A DNA stretch of 64,000 nucleotides from an uncultured Planctomycetota bacterium (GCA_963752285.1 CAVVXN010000005.1:1472001-1536000), one strand, 5' to 3'; counted from the first letter of the stretch, positions 19,101-30,146 are shown. Numbers and translations are program-made. Notes: generated by a model not told the origin, from the letters alone.

Positions 19101-21887
19101 ATGGCGAAGTCCACGACGTCGAAGGCCGGCGAGCGCACGATCTGGCACTTCGGAGGCGGCCGGGCGGACGGCCACGCCGCGCTCCGCGACCTGCTCGGTG
19201 GAAAGGGCGCGAACCTCGCCGAGATGAGCCGGATCGGCCTGCCCGTGCCGCCCGGGTTCACGATCGCCACGACGGCGTGCCGCGAGTTCCACGACGCGGG
19301 CGGCCGCCTGACGAAGCGCATGCAGGGCGAGGTCCACCGCGCCGTCTCCCGGCTGGAGCGCGCGTCGAAGAAGCGCTGGGGCGACCCGAAGCGTCCGCTC
19401 CTGGTGTCGGTGCGCAGCGGCGCAGCGGTCAGCATGCCCGGGATGATGGACACCGTGCTGAACATCGGGCTCACGGAGGCCGTCACCGACGGTCTTGCGA
19501 GCCTGACGGGAAACCGACGGTTCGCGCTCGACGCGCGCCGCCGCCTGATCCAGATGTTCGGGAACGTCGTGGAGGGGCTCGGCCTCGAACGCTTCGAGCA
19601 CGTGTTGAGAGACGTGCAGGCGCACGTGGGCGCGCGGTCCGACACCGAGCTCGACGAGGCGGCGCTCGAGGAGGTCGTGGCCCGATACCTCACGACCTTC
19701 CGCGAAGGCACGGGTCGCGACTTCCCCGCGGAGCCCGACGCGCAGCTCGAACGCGCGATCACGGCGGTGTTCGGGTCGTGGAACGGCGCGCGCGCCGTCG
19801 AGTACCGGCGGATCCACAAGATCCGGGACCTGATCGGGACCGCCGTGAACGTGCAGTCGATGGTGTTCGGGAACCTGGGACCGAGCTCCGGAACCGGCGT
19901 GTGCTTCACGCGCGACCCCTCGACGGGCGAGAACGTGTTCTACGGCGAGTACCTCATGAACGCGCAGGGCGAGGACGTCGTCGCCGGGATCCGGACGCCG
20001 AAGTCGCTCTCGGACCTCGCCGACGAGGCGCCCCGGGTCTACCGGAAGCTCCTCCGCGTGCGCACGATGCTCGAGCGCCACTACCGCCACATGCAGGACA
20101 TCGAGTTCACGATCGAGGGCGGCACCCTCTACATCCTCCAGACCCGGAACGGCAAGACGACGGCACGGGCCTCCGTGCGGATCGCGGTCGAGATGGCGGC
20201 CCAGCGCCTGATCACGCGCGAGGAGGCGGTCCGACGCATCACGCCCGACCAGCTCGACCACCTGCTCCACCCGCAGTTCGACCGCCAGGCGGAGCGCGAC
20301 GTCCTGACGCGCGGCCTGCCCGCCAGTCCGGGGGCCGTGAGCGGCACGCTCGTGTTCACCGCGGAGCGCGCGAAGGAGCTCGCGGCGAAGGGTCAGCACG
20401 TGATCCTCTGCCGCGCGGAGACGAGCCCGGAGGACGTGGGCGGCATGCACGCGGCCGCCGGGATCCTCACCGCGACGGGGGGCATGACCTCGCACGCGGC
20501 CGTGGTCGCGCGCGGGATGGGCAAGTGCTGCGTCGTCGGGGCCGGGGAGCTCCGGATCGACGAGGACCGGCGCGAGCTCCGCGCGGGCGGCCGGTCCTTC
20601 GGCGAGGGGGACGTGCTGTCCCTCGACGGCGGCACGGGCGAGGTGATGGCCGGCTCCGTGCCCACCGTCCCGCCCGACCCGAGCGAGCACTTCACGACGC
20701 TCCTCGGGTGGACCGACAAGATGCGCCGCCTCGGCGTGCGCGCCAACGCCGACACGCCCGGCGACGCGGAGGCCGCGCGGCGGTTCGGCGCGGAGGGCAT
20801 CGGCCTCTGTCGCACCGAGCACATGTTCTTCGGCGACGAGCGGATCGCGCCGATGCGCGAGATGATCCTCGCGGAGGACGAGGCGGGCCGGCGCGCGGCC
20901 CTCGAGAAGCTCCTGCCCTTCCAGCGCGCCGACTTCGCGGGGATCTTCCGCGCGATGGACGGCCTCCCCGTGACCGTCCGCCTCCTCGACCCGCCGCTCC
21001 ACGAGTTCCTCCCCCACGACCGGGACCAGGCGACGGAGGTCGCACGCTCGATCGGCGTGGACGTCGAGGAGGTGCTGGCCCGCGCACGCCGTCTCCGCGA
21101 GATGAACCCGATGCTGGGCCACCGAGGCTGCCGGCTCGGCATCACGTACCCCGAGATCTACGAGATGCAGGTGCGTGCCATCTACGAGGCCGCGGCGGAC
21201 GAGCTGGGCGAGGGCCATCGTCCGCGACCCGAGGTGATGATCCCGCTCGTGGGTACCGCGGCGGAGCTCCGGCTCCTGAAGCACCGGCTCGAGGCCGTCG
21301 CAGTGAGCGTGCTGAAGGAGCGGAGCGCGCGACTGCCCGTCGTGTTCGGGACGATGATCGAGGTCCCGCGCGCCGCGCTCTGCGCGGCCGAGATCGCCGA
21401 GCACGCCGCGTTCTTCTCGTTCGGCACCAACGACCTGACGCAGATGACCTTCGGCTTCAGCCGCGACGACGTCGGGAGCTTCCTCCCGACCTACGTCGCG
21501 GAGAAGATCCTGCCCGACGAGCCGTTCCAGTCGATCGACGTAGACGGCGTGGGCCAGCTCGTGCGGATGGGCGTCGAGCGCGGGCGCGCGGGGCGTCCGG
21601 GCCTCAAGGTGGGCGTCTGCGGCGAGCACGGCGGCGACCCGAAGAGCATCGCCTTCTTCGACGAGGTCGGGCTCGACTACGTCTCGTGCTCGCCGTTCCG
21701 CGTGCCCGTCGCGCGCCTCGCCGCCGCCCAGGCGGCCCTTCCGTCGGTCGCCCCCTCCCGGAAGGCGACGTCCGGACCGAAGGCGGGGGCGAAGCGCAAG
21801 GCGAAGCGAACGACGACGCCCGCGGCGAGGACGAAACGTCCCGCGCGCCGGGCCGCGAAGAAGAAGCCGCGGCGCAAGGCGAAGTAG
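19101..21887 (+). CDS. ppdK: Pyruvate, phosphate dikinase
   Basis: LLGGKGANLAEM, VSVRSGA..SMPGMMDT, GGMTSHAAVVARG, GIGLCRTEHMF, SFGTNDLTQ, GVCGEHGG. Confidence 0.98.
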   Translation: MAKSTTSKAGERTIWHFGGGRADGHAALRDLLGGKGANLAEMSRIGLPVPPGFTIATTACREFHDAGGRLTKRMQGEVHRAVSRLERASKKRWGDPKRPLLVSVRSGAAVSMPGMMDTVLNIGLTEAVTDGLASLTGNRRFALDARRRLIQMFGNVVEGLGLERFEHVLRDVQAHVGARSDTELDEAALEEVVARYLTTFREGTGRDFPAEPDAQLERAITAVFGSWNGARAVEYRRIHKIRDLIGTAVNVQSMVFGNLGPSSGTGVCFTRDPSTGENVFYGEYLMNAQGEDVVAGIRTPKSLSDLADEAPRVYRKLLRVRTMLERHYRHMQDIEFTIEGGTLYILQTRNGKTTARASVRIAVEMAAQRLITREEAVRRITPDQLDHLLHPQFDRQAERDVLTRGLPASPGAVSGTLVFTAERAKELAAKGQHVILCRAETSPEDVGGMHAAAGILTATGGMTSHAAVVARGMGKCCVVGAGELRIDEDRRELRAGGRSFGEGDVLSLDGGTGEVMAGSVPTVPPDPSEHFTTLLGWTDKMRRLGVRANADTPGDAEAARRFGAEGIGLCRTEHMFFGDERIAPMREMILAEDEAGRRAALEKLLPFQRADFAGIFRAMDGLPVTVRLLDPPLHEFLPHDRDQATEVARSIGVDVEEVLARARRLREMNPMLGHRGCRLGITYPEIYEMQVRAIYEAAADELGEGHRPRPEVMIPLVGTAAELRLLKHRLEAVAVSVLKERSARLPVVFGTMIEVPRAALCAAEIAEHAAFFSFGTNDLTQMTFGFSRDDVGSFLPTYVAEKILPDEPFQSIDVDGVGQLVRMGVERGRAGRPGLKVGVCGEHGGDPKSIAFFDEVGLDYVSCSPFRVPVARLAAAQAALPSVAPSRKATSGPKAGAKRKAKRTTTPAARTKRPARRAAKKKPRRKAK

Positions 21888-22049
21888 CCCGCGCGGCCCC
21901 CCTCCGCCCGTGGGCGCCCCCTGCCGAGGAGGACGGCGGGCCTCGAGCGCCTTCGTCACGTCCTCGGGCCGGTCGGCTCGTGCGGCGCCCCCCGGCGGGA
22001 CCGGCGCCAGGGTGGGCGGCCCCTCGCGGCGCAAAGGGTCCGTCCGGAC

Positions 22050-24051
22050 TCAGCGCGGCGCGTCGTCCCCGTCGTCGGACGGCGCGCTCGGGTTCGGCAC
22101 GGCTTCGGCGGGGATCGTCACGGGGAGCGGATGGTCCCTCGTGCCGAGGTCGAACGGCCAGGGCACGCGGACGAGTTCCTTCTCGGGGGACGTGGAGGTC
22201 ACGACGAGCGCCGCGTCGGCGGCGGGGCGCTTCGGGAGCGTCACCTGGAACCTGCCGTCGCCCTCGACCTCCTGCATCTCGCCGCCTTCGGCCCCGCGGA
22301 CCTCGGCGCGGAGACCGCCCATCCCGGCGGCGGCGGGCGTGCGTCCGTCTCCGATCGTCACGAGGCCGTAGAGGACCCCTACGTCGGGCACCACGACGTC
22401 GCCGAGGTCCGTCGTCCCGCCGGGATCGCCGGCCGGCACGTCCACGACGATCTCCCCGTGGCGCACCGTCCAGACGCGGAGCTCGAGCGGCCCCGGCGCC
22501 ATCCCGTCGAGGCGGAAGCGGCCGGAGTACGAGGTGGCTCGCGGGCGCGCCCAGCCGCGGCGCCCGGACTCGACCTCCACGCCCTGCCACGGCCATCCCT
22601 GGGCCCGGACGAAGTGCACGTGGGCGTCCTCGCCGCAGTGCCACGTCGGATCGACGGCGACGACCACGCGGCCCGTGACCGTGCGACCCGCCGGGAACCG
22701 GAGCGTCACCGACGTCGCCTCGGGCGGGGGCCGAACCTCGACCTCGGCCGCGAGACTCGACGCGGCGCGCACCTCGCCGAAGAGGAGCTGCCGCCCCGCG
22801 TAGGCGGTGCCCTCGGGGAGGATCGCGTGGAGCTGGTAGCGCCCCGGCGCGAGCGCCGGCACGACGACGCGGCCCTCGTCGTCGGTCACGAGGTCCAGGA
22901 GCGGGTTGCAGTCCTGCCCGACCCACCACCCCTGCATCTCGAGAGCCTGTCCGCGGAGGAGACGAGCGAGGAGGCGGCGTTGGGTGGCTCGCGGATCGCC
23001 ATCCCACGCCGTCCTGCGCCGGGAGGCCATTGGGCTCGACGAATGGGCGATCGACCGGCTCGAGGAGGACCCGCGCGTCGCCGGCGGGCGAGCCGTCCGG
23101 CGCCCGGAGGAAAAGCTCGAGGGAGCCGTCCAGGGACTCGGGGGCCAGCGTGACCCGGATCCCCTCCTCGCCGCCGCGCCGCGCCTGGACCTCGGCCAGC
23201 GCGAACCCCCTCGCCACGACTTCGAGTCGCGTCCAGGCGTCGGCGTCGGGGTCGTCCCGCGGGGCGAGCTCGAGCCGGAAGCTCCCGTCCCCGGCCGTGA
23301 CGGTCCCCGGCGCGAAGGCCGGCTGGTCGCTCTCGAGGAACACGCCGGCGCCGGCGACCGGACGGCCCGTCTCGTCCTCGACGACGCCGCCGAACCGCAC
23401 GAGATCCCCTCTCGACGCGGAGGGGCCCCGGACGACGATCTCGCGCGGCACCGGGTCGGGCGGGCGCTGCAGCTCCAGGAAGTCCCCACCCGTGAGGTCG
23501 AGGAAGAGGGTGGCGTCGCGCCAGGCCTCGACGTCGGACCGGACGAGGTCGATCCGTCCGCTCGCCGGCACGGGTCCCCCATCGACCCAAGTGCCCGCAG
23601 CGTCGTCGTCCCGGCCCTCGTCTTCGTGACGGGTGAGGCTCCAGGATCCGATCGACGCCCCTGCGAAGCCGTCGGGCTCGAAGCCGATCGTGCCGAGCGC
23701 GTGGACGACCCGGACCGTCACGACGACGGGCCCCTCGCGCACGGGAGCCGGATCCGGGTCGGGTGTCGTGTAGACGTCCGGCGGGCTGTCGTCGGGCCAC
23801 GCGGCGCCGTCCTCGCCCGACGGTCCGTCCGAGGCGTCCGCCCCCGACGCGTCGTCGGAGTCGGCGTCCGAGGCCCGGGCCGGCTGGGGCGCGCGAGACC
23901 CTCGCCCCAGGAGCCGGGCGCGCGCGGGGCGACCGGGCCGCGGCGCGCGGTGGGGCGCGACCCCGGCGTCGCTCGGCGCAAAACGGCCAAGGCCCCAGAG
24001 GAGCAGCCCCGCGAGCGGGACGACCAGCGACAGGGCCCACCACCACCTCAT
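22050..24051 (-). pseudogene. Membrane-anchored protein with carboxypeptidase-regulatory-like (Ig) repeats, frameshifted near 23000-23040
   Basis: N-terminal half (MRWWWALS..., GVVEDETGRPVAGA, TAGDGSFRL) in one frame; C-terminal half (TDDEGRVVVPALAPGRY, GRFRLDGMAPG) in another. Confidence 0.65.
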
Positions 24052-24075
24052 CGGGACCCCCGACGAACCGAGACC

Positions 24076-24202
24076 CGGATCCTCCCTCCGAACGTCGGGG
24101 CGAGGGCGTCGCGCCGCCCGGCGGGATCGCGATGCCGGGCACCGGGCGCAGGGGAAGGACACGCCCGCGCCGAACGTCCGGCCATCCCGACCGGTCGGTC
24201 GG
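24076..24202. repeat. Degenerate ~125 bp direct repeat, copy A
   Basis: Aligns by eye with 30017-30146; last 40 nt are 35/40 identical; ends in the palindrome GACCG-GT-CGGTC. Confidence 0.8.
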
Positions 24203-24342
24203 CTTGGAAGGCCGGGGCGACGGGCGGCCGATCGCGGTCCTCGGCGGGTCACGCAACGGGCCCGGTGGCGGCACGCCCCGGTCCCGCGTGCGCAGGAGGC
24301 CGCGGCGTGCCGCGCCGGGCGGAGGGACCCCGTCGGGAGGGA

Positions 24343-25677
24343 CTACCCGCCGCACATGCGACCGAGCACCCAGTGCTGGATCGCGGCGTTCTCCACGCCA
24401 ACGACGACCAGGTCGCCCTCCGGTGAGGGCGCCGCTCCCGTGGCGGCGATGCCCCCGGCGCTCCCGTCGGTCAGGAGCTCGCCGATGCCTTCGTCGCCGA
24501 AGGAGGGGTCGAGCGCTCCGTCGGACAGCAGTCGAAGCGTGACGACCGCGAGGGACCCGTCCGCCTGCCATTGCAATCCCACGACGGTGACGGATCCGCT
24601 GGCGAGCACCAGGCCGCCGGGCGCGGGCTCGTACGAGGAGAGCGCGATCCGTGCCGAGCCACCCGAGCCGAAGTCCGACTCGACCGCGCCGTCCGCGTCG
24701 TACGCCACGATGCGGCAGCCCGACGCATCGACCCCGGTGGCGTACAGGGAACCGGTCTCGTCGCCGGCGAGGGCCCGAAGGCTGGCCCCCGTCTGGGTCA
24801 CCGTCCCGAACGACGAATCGAACATGCCGTCCGAGTCGAGCTTCACCAGCGCCCAGTGGATCCCCGCCCCGGGCAGGTCCGCCCCCAGCACGACGGCGCC
24901 GTCCGGCTGCGCGGCGAGGCACTTCGCTCTCAGGAACTCGTCGCCGACGGGGCCGGACGCGACCAGGTTCACGGTCGCGATGCCGTTCGCACCGTAGGAC
25001 GCGTCCCGCGTGCCGTCGTCGTTCAGTCGGGCCACGAAGATCGCGGAGGTCTGGGTGCTTCCCCCGTGCCTCTTTCCGCCCGACGACGTCTGGATCTTCG
25101 TGGTTCCGGCCGCGAGGACCCTCCCGCCGGTCGTGACCGCGAGCCCATCGACCTCCCCGAGTTCGAGGAACGCGACTCCGCCGTCCCCGAAGGTCGCGTC
25201 GAGCGAGCCGTCCGCGGCGAGGCGTGCGACGACGCCCCCGCGCTGCGTCGTGGTCGTCTGCTTCTTCCCACTGCCCGACGTCACCTGGACGGAGCCGTTC
25301 CCCCCCACCAGGATCCGCCCGGACGCGTCGAGGGCCACCACGGTCGCCCGTTCGCTCAGGTCCTGCCCGAACAGGGTCACGAACCCGCCGGTCCCGAAGC
25401 TGGTGTCCAGGCTGCCGTCGTCCAGGTACCTGCGGACGAGCCAGACGGTCGTCTCCCGCCCGCCGATCAGGATCCCGCTCGGAGCCGACCCCACCGCGAG
25501 GATCCGTCCGTCCGAACGGACCACCACGTCGTTCGCGAATCCCGGGGCGTCCGTGACGATCCCCCCCGTGCCGAAGTCGATGTCGACGGCCCCTGCCGTC
25601 CCCGATGCCCGGGCGACGCCGACCGCCGCCAACGTCAGCGCCAGCGCACCCCACCACATGGCCGTTTTCCGCCTCAT
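24343..25677 (-). CDS. Secreted delta-60-repeat (beta-propeller) protein
   Basis: Signal peptide; repeated DGRILAVG / [12 protein letters not shown] / [12 protein letters not shown] units. Confidence 0.88.
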   Translation of the reverse strand: MRRKTAMWWGALALTLAAVGVARASGTAGAVDIDFGTGGIVTDAPGFANDVVVRSDGRILAVGSAPSGILIGGRETTVWLVRRYLDDGSLDTSFGTGGFVTLFGQDLSERATVVALDASGRILVGGNGSVQVTSGSGKKQTTTTQRGGVVARLAADGSLDATFGDGGVAFLELGEVDGLAVTTGGRVLAAGTTKIQTSSGGKRHGGSTQTSAIFVARLNDDGTRDASYGANGIATVNLVASGPVGDEFLRAKCLAAQPDGAVVLGADLPGAGIHWALVKLDSDGMFDSSFGTVTQTGASLRALAGDETGSLYATGVDASGCRIVAYDADGAVESDFGSGGSARIALSSYEPAPGGLVLASGSVTVVGLQWQADGSLAVVTLRLLSDGALDPSFGDEGIGELLTDGSAGGIAATGAAPSPEGDLVVVGVENAAIQHWVLGRMCGG

Positions 25678-25752
25678 CGTCGTCCTCTCCAGGGTTCGGG
25701 CGGGCCGACTGGGTCCGCCTCCACCAGGACACTTCGTCGCACCGGCTCCCAT

Positions 25753-25779
25753 CGGACGCGGGTACCCGCGTCCGTTCCC
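25753..25779 (-). promoter_or_regulatory. 22-bp perfect palindrome overlapping a possible ECF-type promoter facing the delta-60 gene
   Basis: CGGACGCGGGTACCCGCGTCCG at 25753-25774; the minus strand reads GGAAC-N15-CGTC. Confidence 0.45.
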
Positions 25780-25814
25780 CTCGCCCCCGACGATATTCCC
25801 CATGGAGGAGATCC

Positions 25815-26432
25815 ATGCGGGACGCTCGGCCGCTCGACTCGCCCGATGCGGAGCTGGTACGCCGCGCCCGAGAGGGCGACGAAGCGGCGTTCCGAGCCCT
25901 GTGGGAGCGTCACCGGACGAAGCTCGCCACCCTGGCGCGACGCCGCCTCCCGAGCCTTCTGAACCGCCGCATCTCCGTCTCGGACGTCGTGCAGGAGTGC
26001 TACGCCATCGCGTTCGAGCGCCTCGACGCGTTCCGCGACGAGGGCCCGGACGCGTTTCCCCGTTGGCTGCACGGCATCCTCAAGAAACGGATTCAGGATC
26101 AGCTCCGCAGCCATCTCCAGCGTCAGAAGCGCGCCGCCTCGCGCGAGGCCTCGCGGGACGCTCGACGATCGACCGGCCAGTTTCCCGCCGGCGGCGTGAC
26201 GGCCAGCGCGGTCGCCAGCCGCCGGGAGGACCGAGAGATCGTGCTCGCCGCGATCCGGGAGCTCGCGGACGATCACCGGGCGATCCTCCGCCTCGTGCAC
26301 GACGCGGGTCTCACGCTCACCGAGGCCGCGGAGCACCTCGGACGGAGCCCGGAAGCGGCGCGGAAGCTCTACACGCGTGCGATCGCGAGCCTGTCGCGCC
26401 GTCTGCCTCCGCGGGGGAGCGCCGACGCGTGA
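25815..26432 (+). CDS. ECF sigma factor
   Basis: GGAGGAG RBS; DAELVRRAREGDEAAF..L, SDVVQE, F..WL.GI, region 4 HTH. Confidence 0.92.
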   Translation: MRDARPLDSPDAELVRRAREGDEAAFRALWERHRTKLATLARRRLPSLLNRRISVSDVVQECYAIAFERLDAFRDEGPDAFPRWLHGILKKRIQDQLRSHLQRQKRAASREASRDARRSTGQFPAGGVTASAVASRREDREIVLAAIRELADDHRAILRLVHDAGLTLTEAAEHLGRSPEAARKLYTRAIASLSRRLPPRGSADA

Positions 26433-29400
26433 GCCAGGACACGGCGGCAGATGCCGTGTTCGAGGAGTGGCGCCGACGCGCCGAAGAAGGGGAAACCCTG
26501 CGCCCCGAGGACGTGCTGCGCGCCCATCCCGAGATCGCGCCGGACTTGGAGGCCCGCTTCGCCGCCCTGGCGCGTCTCGACGAAGCGCTCGGCAACACGG
26601 GCCCCCGTCCCCCTCCTCGCACCGTCGGGGGATACCGGATCCTGCGGGAGATTGCACGCGGGGGGATGGGCGTGGTCTACGAGGCGGCACAGCCCGAGCT
26701 GGGCCGCCGCGTCGCGCTGAAGGTCCTCTATCCCTCTCTCGCACCCACGCAGCGCACGGTCGAGCGCTTCCGACAGGAGGCGAAGGCCGCGGGCCGCCTG
26801 AAGCACACGAACATCGTCTCGATTCACGCGTTCGGGCAGGACGACGGCCTGTGGTACTGCGCGATGGAGCTCGTAGACGGCCCCTCCCTCGCACGGGTAC
26901 TCGACGACATGCGGCGGATCGAGGTCCAGGGGCGGCGCGAGCGCCGACGGAGCTCGGGCTCGACGTCGCTCACGGGGGTCCCCAGCGGAACGCGGGCCTA
27001 CTACGAGCGTGTGGCCTCGATGTTCGCGGAGGTGGCAGACGCGCTGCAGGAGGCGCACGGTCACGGGGTCGTCCACCGGGACGTGAAGCCCTCGAACCTG
27101 CTCCTGGACGCGGACGGTCGCCTCCGGGTGCTCGACTTCGGACTCGCCCGACTGGAAGACGCCTCGCAGACGATGACGTGCCCCGGGGACGTGGTGGGGA
27201 CGCCCCTCTACATGAGCCCGGAGCAGTTCCGAGGCGATCGAGACGCGCTGGACGGGCGAACGGACGTGTACTCCCTGGGCGTCACGATCTACGAGACGCT
27301 CGCACTGCGCCCTCCGTTCGCCGCGAGGGAACCGACGCGCCTCGCCGCACAGATCCTGACCGAGGACCCGCCGCCCGTTCGCGTGCTCGACGCGCGGATC
27401 CCACGGGACCTCGAAACCGTGGTCACGAAGGCCATCGAGAAGGACCCGCGCCGACGGTACGCGACGGCAGCCGAGCTCGCGAGGGACCTGCGCGAAGTGG
27501 CGCGAGGAGGGACGATCCAGGCTCGGCGCGTTCGACCGTGGGAGCGCGCGTGGCGCCGCGTCCGCCGGAACAAGGTCCGCACCCTGCTCGTGGCATTGGC
27601 GGCGACGGCGCTCGCCGTCGCGGCTCTCGGGTGGCGCGCGGCGCGGGTCGAGCGCACGCAGCGGATCGAGCACGAGTACGGCCGACTCCTGACCGAGGCG
27701 AGGCGTCTCCACGACCGTGCCGTGTCCGTGGACCCGAGCAGCGGCCTGGACGTCTACGGTCGAGGGGATCCCGACGCCGCGGACCGGCTCGAGAACGAGA
27801 TTCACGATCGACTGGACCGCGCCTCGGCCCTGTCCCCGAGCCGATACGAGGCGTGGCTCCTCCGAGCCACACAGCCGCTCTTCGACTCGGAGGCGACCCG
27901 GTTCTCCAGCCTGGACCACGCGCGGGCGCTCGGTCTGGGAGAGCGCACCTACTGGCAAACGCGCGGTCTGATCGCCCTGACGGCGGGGCACGTGGAGGGT
28001 GCGCTCGCGGCCCTGACCGCGTCGGAGCGTGCCGGCGGAGCCGAGGACTGGGACCACCTGCAGCTGGCGCAGCGTCTGGCGGAAGCACAGGGCGACCTCA
28101 CGAGGAGCGACGCGCTCCTCGATCGACTGATCGACAAGGGCGTCGCCTGGCCGCCGGCGCGAATCCACCTGGAGTTGAAGCGCGCGGTCAGGAGGCAGTC
28201 CCGAGGAGACGTAGAAGGCGCGATCGAGGACCTGCTCCGAGTCGAAGGGGCCTTCTCCTCGTCGGCGAGCGTCGGCCTGCGGGTCCGGATCGCGGAGCTG
28301 TGGCGGCAGGTGGGGCAGGAAGGCCGATACCGGGAATCGACGGACACCCTCCTGGCCGAGACGGCACGGACCGGGTCGGAGGACGCGTGGCAGGACCTCT
28401 TGGCCGCGGTCGCCTCCGTCCGGGACGTGCCGCTGGAGGGGCGTGCCACGAAGGCGGCCGTGGAAGCCGATCCGGACGCGGATTGGGCGAAGGCGCACCG
28501 GATCCTCTATTTGGTCCAACCCTACGAGGACCCCCGGGAGCTGGCGTCGTGGACATCCCCCGACCTCCGCTACCGCGAGGCGCTGCGCCTGATCGACGAT
28601 CTGGAGGCTCCACCGCGGGCTCCGTCGTCGAAGCAGCGCGGCTCGCTCCTCTGCTGGAGAGTGACGGCTCTCCAGCGGCTCGACCAGGCACGAGAGGCAC
28701 TGGCTGCCCTCGCGGGACCCGACGGTGAGAACCTCGAGGAGAAGGTCCGGATGACGCTGCGCGGTACGCTCCTCGTGCAGACCGGGGACGTCTCGGAGGG
28801 AATCTCGGTGCTCGAGACGGCGCGGGCGAAGTTCCCTCGGGACCACTCGGTCGTCTGCACGCTCTGCTGGAACTACCAAGCCGTCCATCGGTACGCCGAC
28901 GCGGCCCGCACCGCCGGGGAGGCGATTCTCACCGACCCCGGCTGCCTGCTCTGCCGCGAGGTGCTGGCCGAGGCTTCGATGCGGCAGGGAGACCTGCCTG
29001 GGGCGCTGCGAGCAACGGAGGAGGGGCTTGCGATCTCCTCGACGTGTGTCCGGCTGCTGGCGGTGCGAGGCGAGGTGCTCGACATGCTCGACCTGCACCG
29101 GGAGTCGGCCGACACGCTGAGCCGGCTTCTGACGACGCCGGCCGCCTGGCCACCGCTCGTGTACCTCAGCCAGGCCGAGAACCTCACGTGGTTGGGGAAG
29201 TTCCCGGAGGCGCACGCCTTGTTGCAGCGCTGGCGTGCTGACATGCCGGACGACCCGGCGGCCGACCGCCAGGAGGCGGTCACGGACACGGCGGAGGGCC
29301 ATTGGGAGCACGCCCTCGACGTCATCGGGAGGGCGCGCGCCGCGCATCCCGATCTGGACGCCTCTTGGGATGGCCTCGAGCTGACCGTGCTCCGTGCGCT

Positions 29401-29755
29401 CGATCGCGAGGAAGATGCCCGCGCGCTGGCGAAGCGCATCCTCGCCAGCCCGACCGGCCGCGATCCAGCGTCCTTGGTCTTCGCCGAGATCGCCCTCGGA
29501 CACGTGGACGTGGCCCGTGGAATGCTCGTCGCCGAGAGTCCCCCCGACGCCCCCGCCCCGGAGTTGGATGCCTACGACGCGGCCTGCGCACGCGCGCTTC
29601 TCGGTGACGACGAGTCGGCGATCGAACTGCTCGAGAAGGCCGCCGCGGCAGGTTGGGTCTGGCCCCCCTACTGGGCGCCGGACCCCGATCTGGAACGAGT
29701 CTGGAACGACCCGCGATTCGTCCGGCTGCGGCGCGAGCACAGCCAGGTTCGCTGA
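26429..29755 (+). CDS. Hanks-type Ser/Thr protein kinase with TM helix and C-terminal TPR-like region
   Basis: GTGA overlap with the sigma stop; RGGMGVVY, VALK, HRDVKPSN, DFG, GTPLYMSPE. Confidence 0.93.
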   Translation: MSQDTAADAVFEEWRRRAEEGETLRPEDVLRAHPEIAPDLEARFAALARLDEALGNTGPRPPPRTVGGYRILREIARGGMGVVYEAAQPELGRRVALKVLYPSLAPTQRTVERFRQEAKAAGRLKHTNIVSIHAFGQDDGLWYCAMELVDGPSLARVLDDMRRIEVQGRRERRRSSGSTSLTGVPSGTRAYYERVASMFAEVADALQEAHGHGVVHRDVKPSNLLLDADGRLRVLDFGLARLEDASQTMTCPGDVVGTPLYMSPEQFRGDRDALDGRTDVYSLGVTIYETLALRPPFAAREPTRLAAQILTEDPPPVRVLDARIPRDLETVVTKAIEKDPRRRYATAAELARDLREVARGGTIQARRVRPWERAWRRVRRNKVRTLLVALAATALAVAALGWRAARVERTQRIEHEYGRLLTEARRLHDRAVSVDPSSGLDVYGRGDPDAADRLENEIHDRLDRASALSPSRYEAWLLRATQPLFDSEATRFSSLDHARALGLGERTYWQTRGLIALTAGHVEGALAALTASERAGGAEDWDHLQLAQRLAEAQGDLTRSDALLDRLIDKGVAWPPARIHLELKRAVRRQSRGDVEGAIEDLLRVEGAFSSSASVGLRVRIAELWRQVGQEGRYRESTDTLLAETARTGSEDAWQDLLAAVASVRDVPLEGRATKAAVEADPDADWAKAHRILYLVQPYEDPRELASWTSPDLRYREALRLIDDLEAPPRAPSSKQRGSLLCWRVTALQRLDQAREALAALAGPDGENLEEKVRMTLRGTLLVQTGDVSEGISVLETARAKFPRDHSVVCTLCWNYQAVHRYADAARTAGEAILTDPGCLLCREVLAEASMRQGDLPGALRATEEGLAISSTCVRLLAVRGEVLDMLDLHRESADTLSRLLTTPAAWPPLVYLSQAENLTWLGKFPEAHALLQRWRADMPDDPAADRQEAVTDTAEGHWEHALDVIGRARAAHPDLDASWDGLELTVLRALDREEDARALAKRILASPTGRDPASLVFAEIALGHVDVARGMLVAESPPDAPAPELDAYDAACARALLGDDESAIELLEKAAAAGWVWPPYWAPDPDLERVWNDPRFVRLRREHSQVR

Positions 29756-30016
29756 CCCCATTCCGAACGCGTCCCGTCCGCGAGAGCACGTTGGAGGGCC
29801 GGCGGGGAGGCCCGACCGCATCCACGGGGGAGTGGCTGTCGAAGGCATCGCACCACGTGCTCGGCGTCGTCATGGACCTCGCCGGGCGCGGTCGGGTTCG
29901 GCACCACGTCGCGGAAGACGGTCGCGCGGAACGGATGGCTCTCCGAGCCGAGGTCGAAGGGGGAGAGCACGCAGGCGCGCTCTTTCTCGCGCAACCGAGG
30001 GAGACCCACGGAGTCG

Positions 30017-30146
30017 CGGATCGTCTCTCGGAACGCCGGGGGGGGGCGGCGTCGCCCTGCACCTTCGGATCGCTCTGCCGAGGAGCCAGGCGCCGTAAGA
30101 GGCCGAGCCCGCGCCGAAGGTCCGGCGGTCTTGACCGGTCGGTCGG
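30017..30146. repeat. Degenerate ~125 bp direct repeat, copy B
   Basis: Homologous to 24076-24202 in the same orientation. Confidence 0.8.

Noticed and set aside
16377..22034. 1885-aa ORF and other very long ORFs (e.g. 53956-58893, 25010-29755, 55056-59225)
   Set aside because: Shadow frames of GC-rich genes; only the portions listed as features are supported.
29668..30009. 113-aa minus-strand ORF downstream of repeat copy B
   Set aside because: Overlaps the kinase end and has no recognisable motif; may be a remnant but unsupported.
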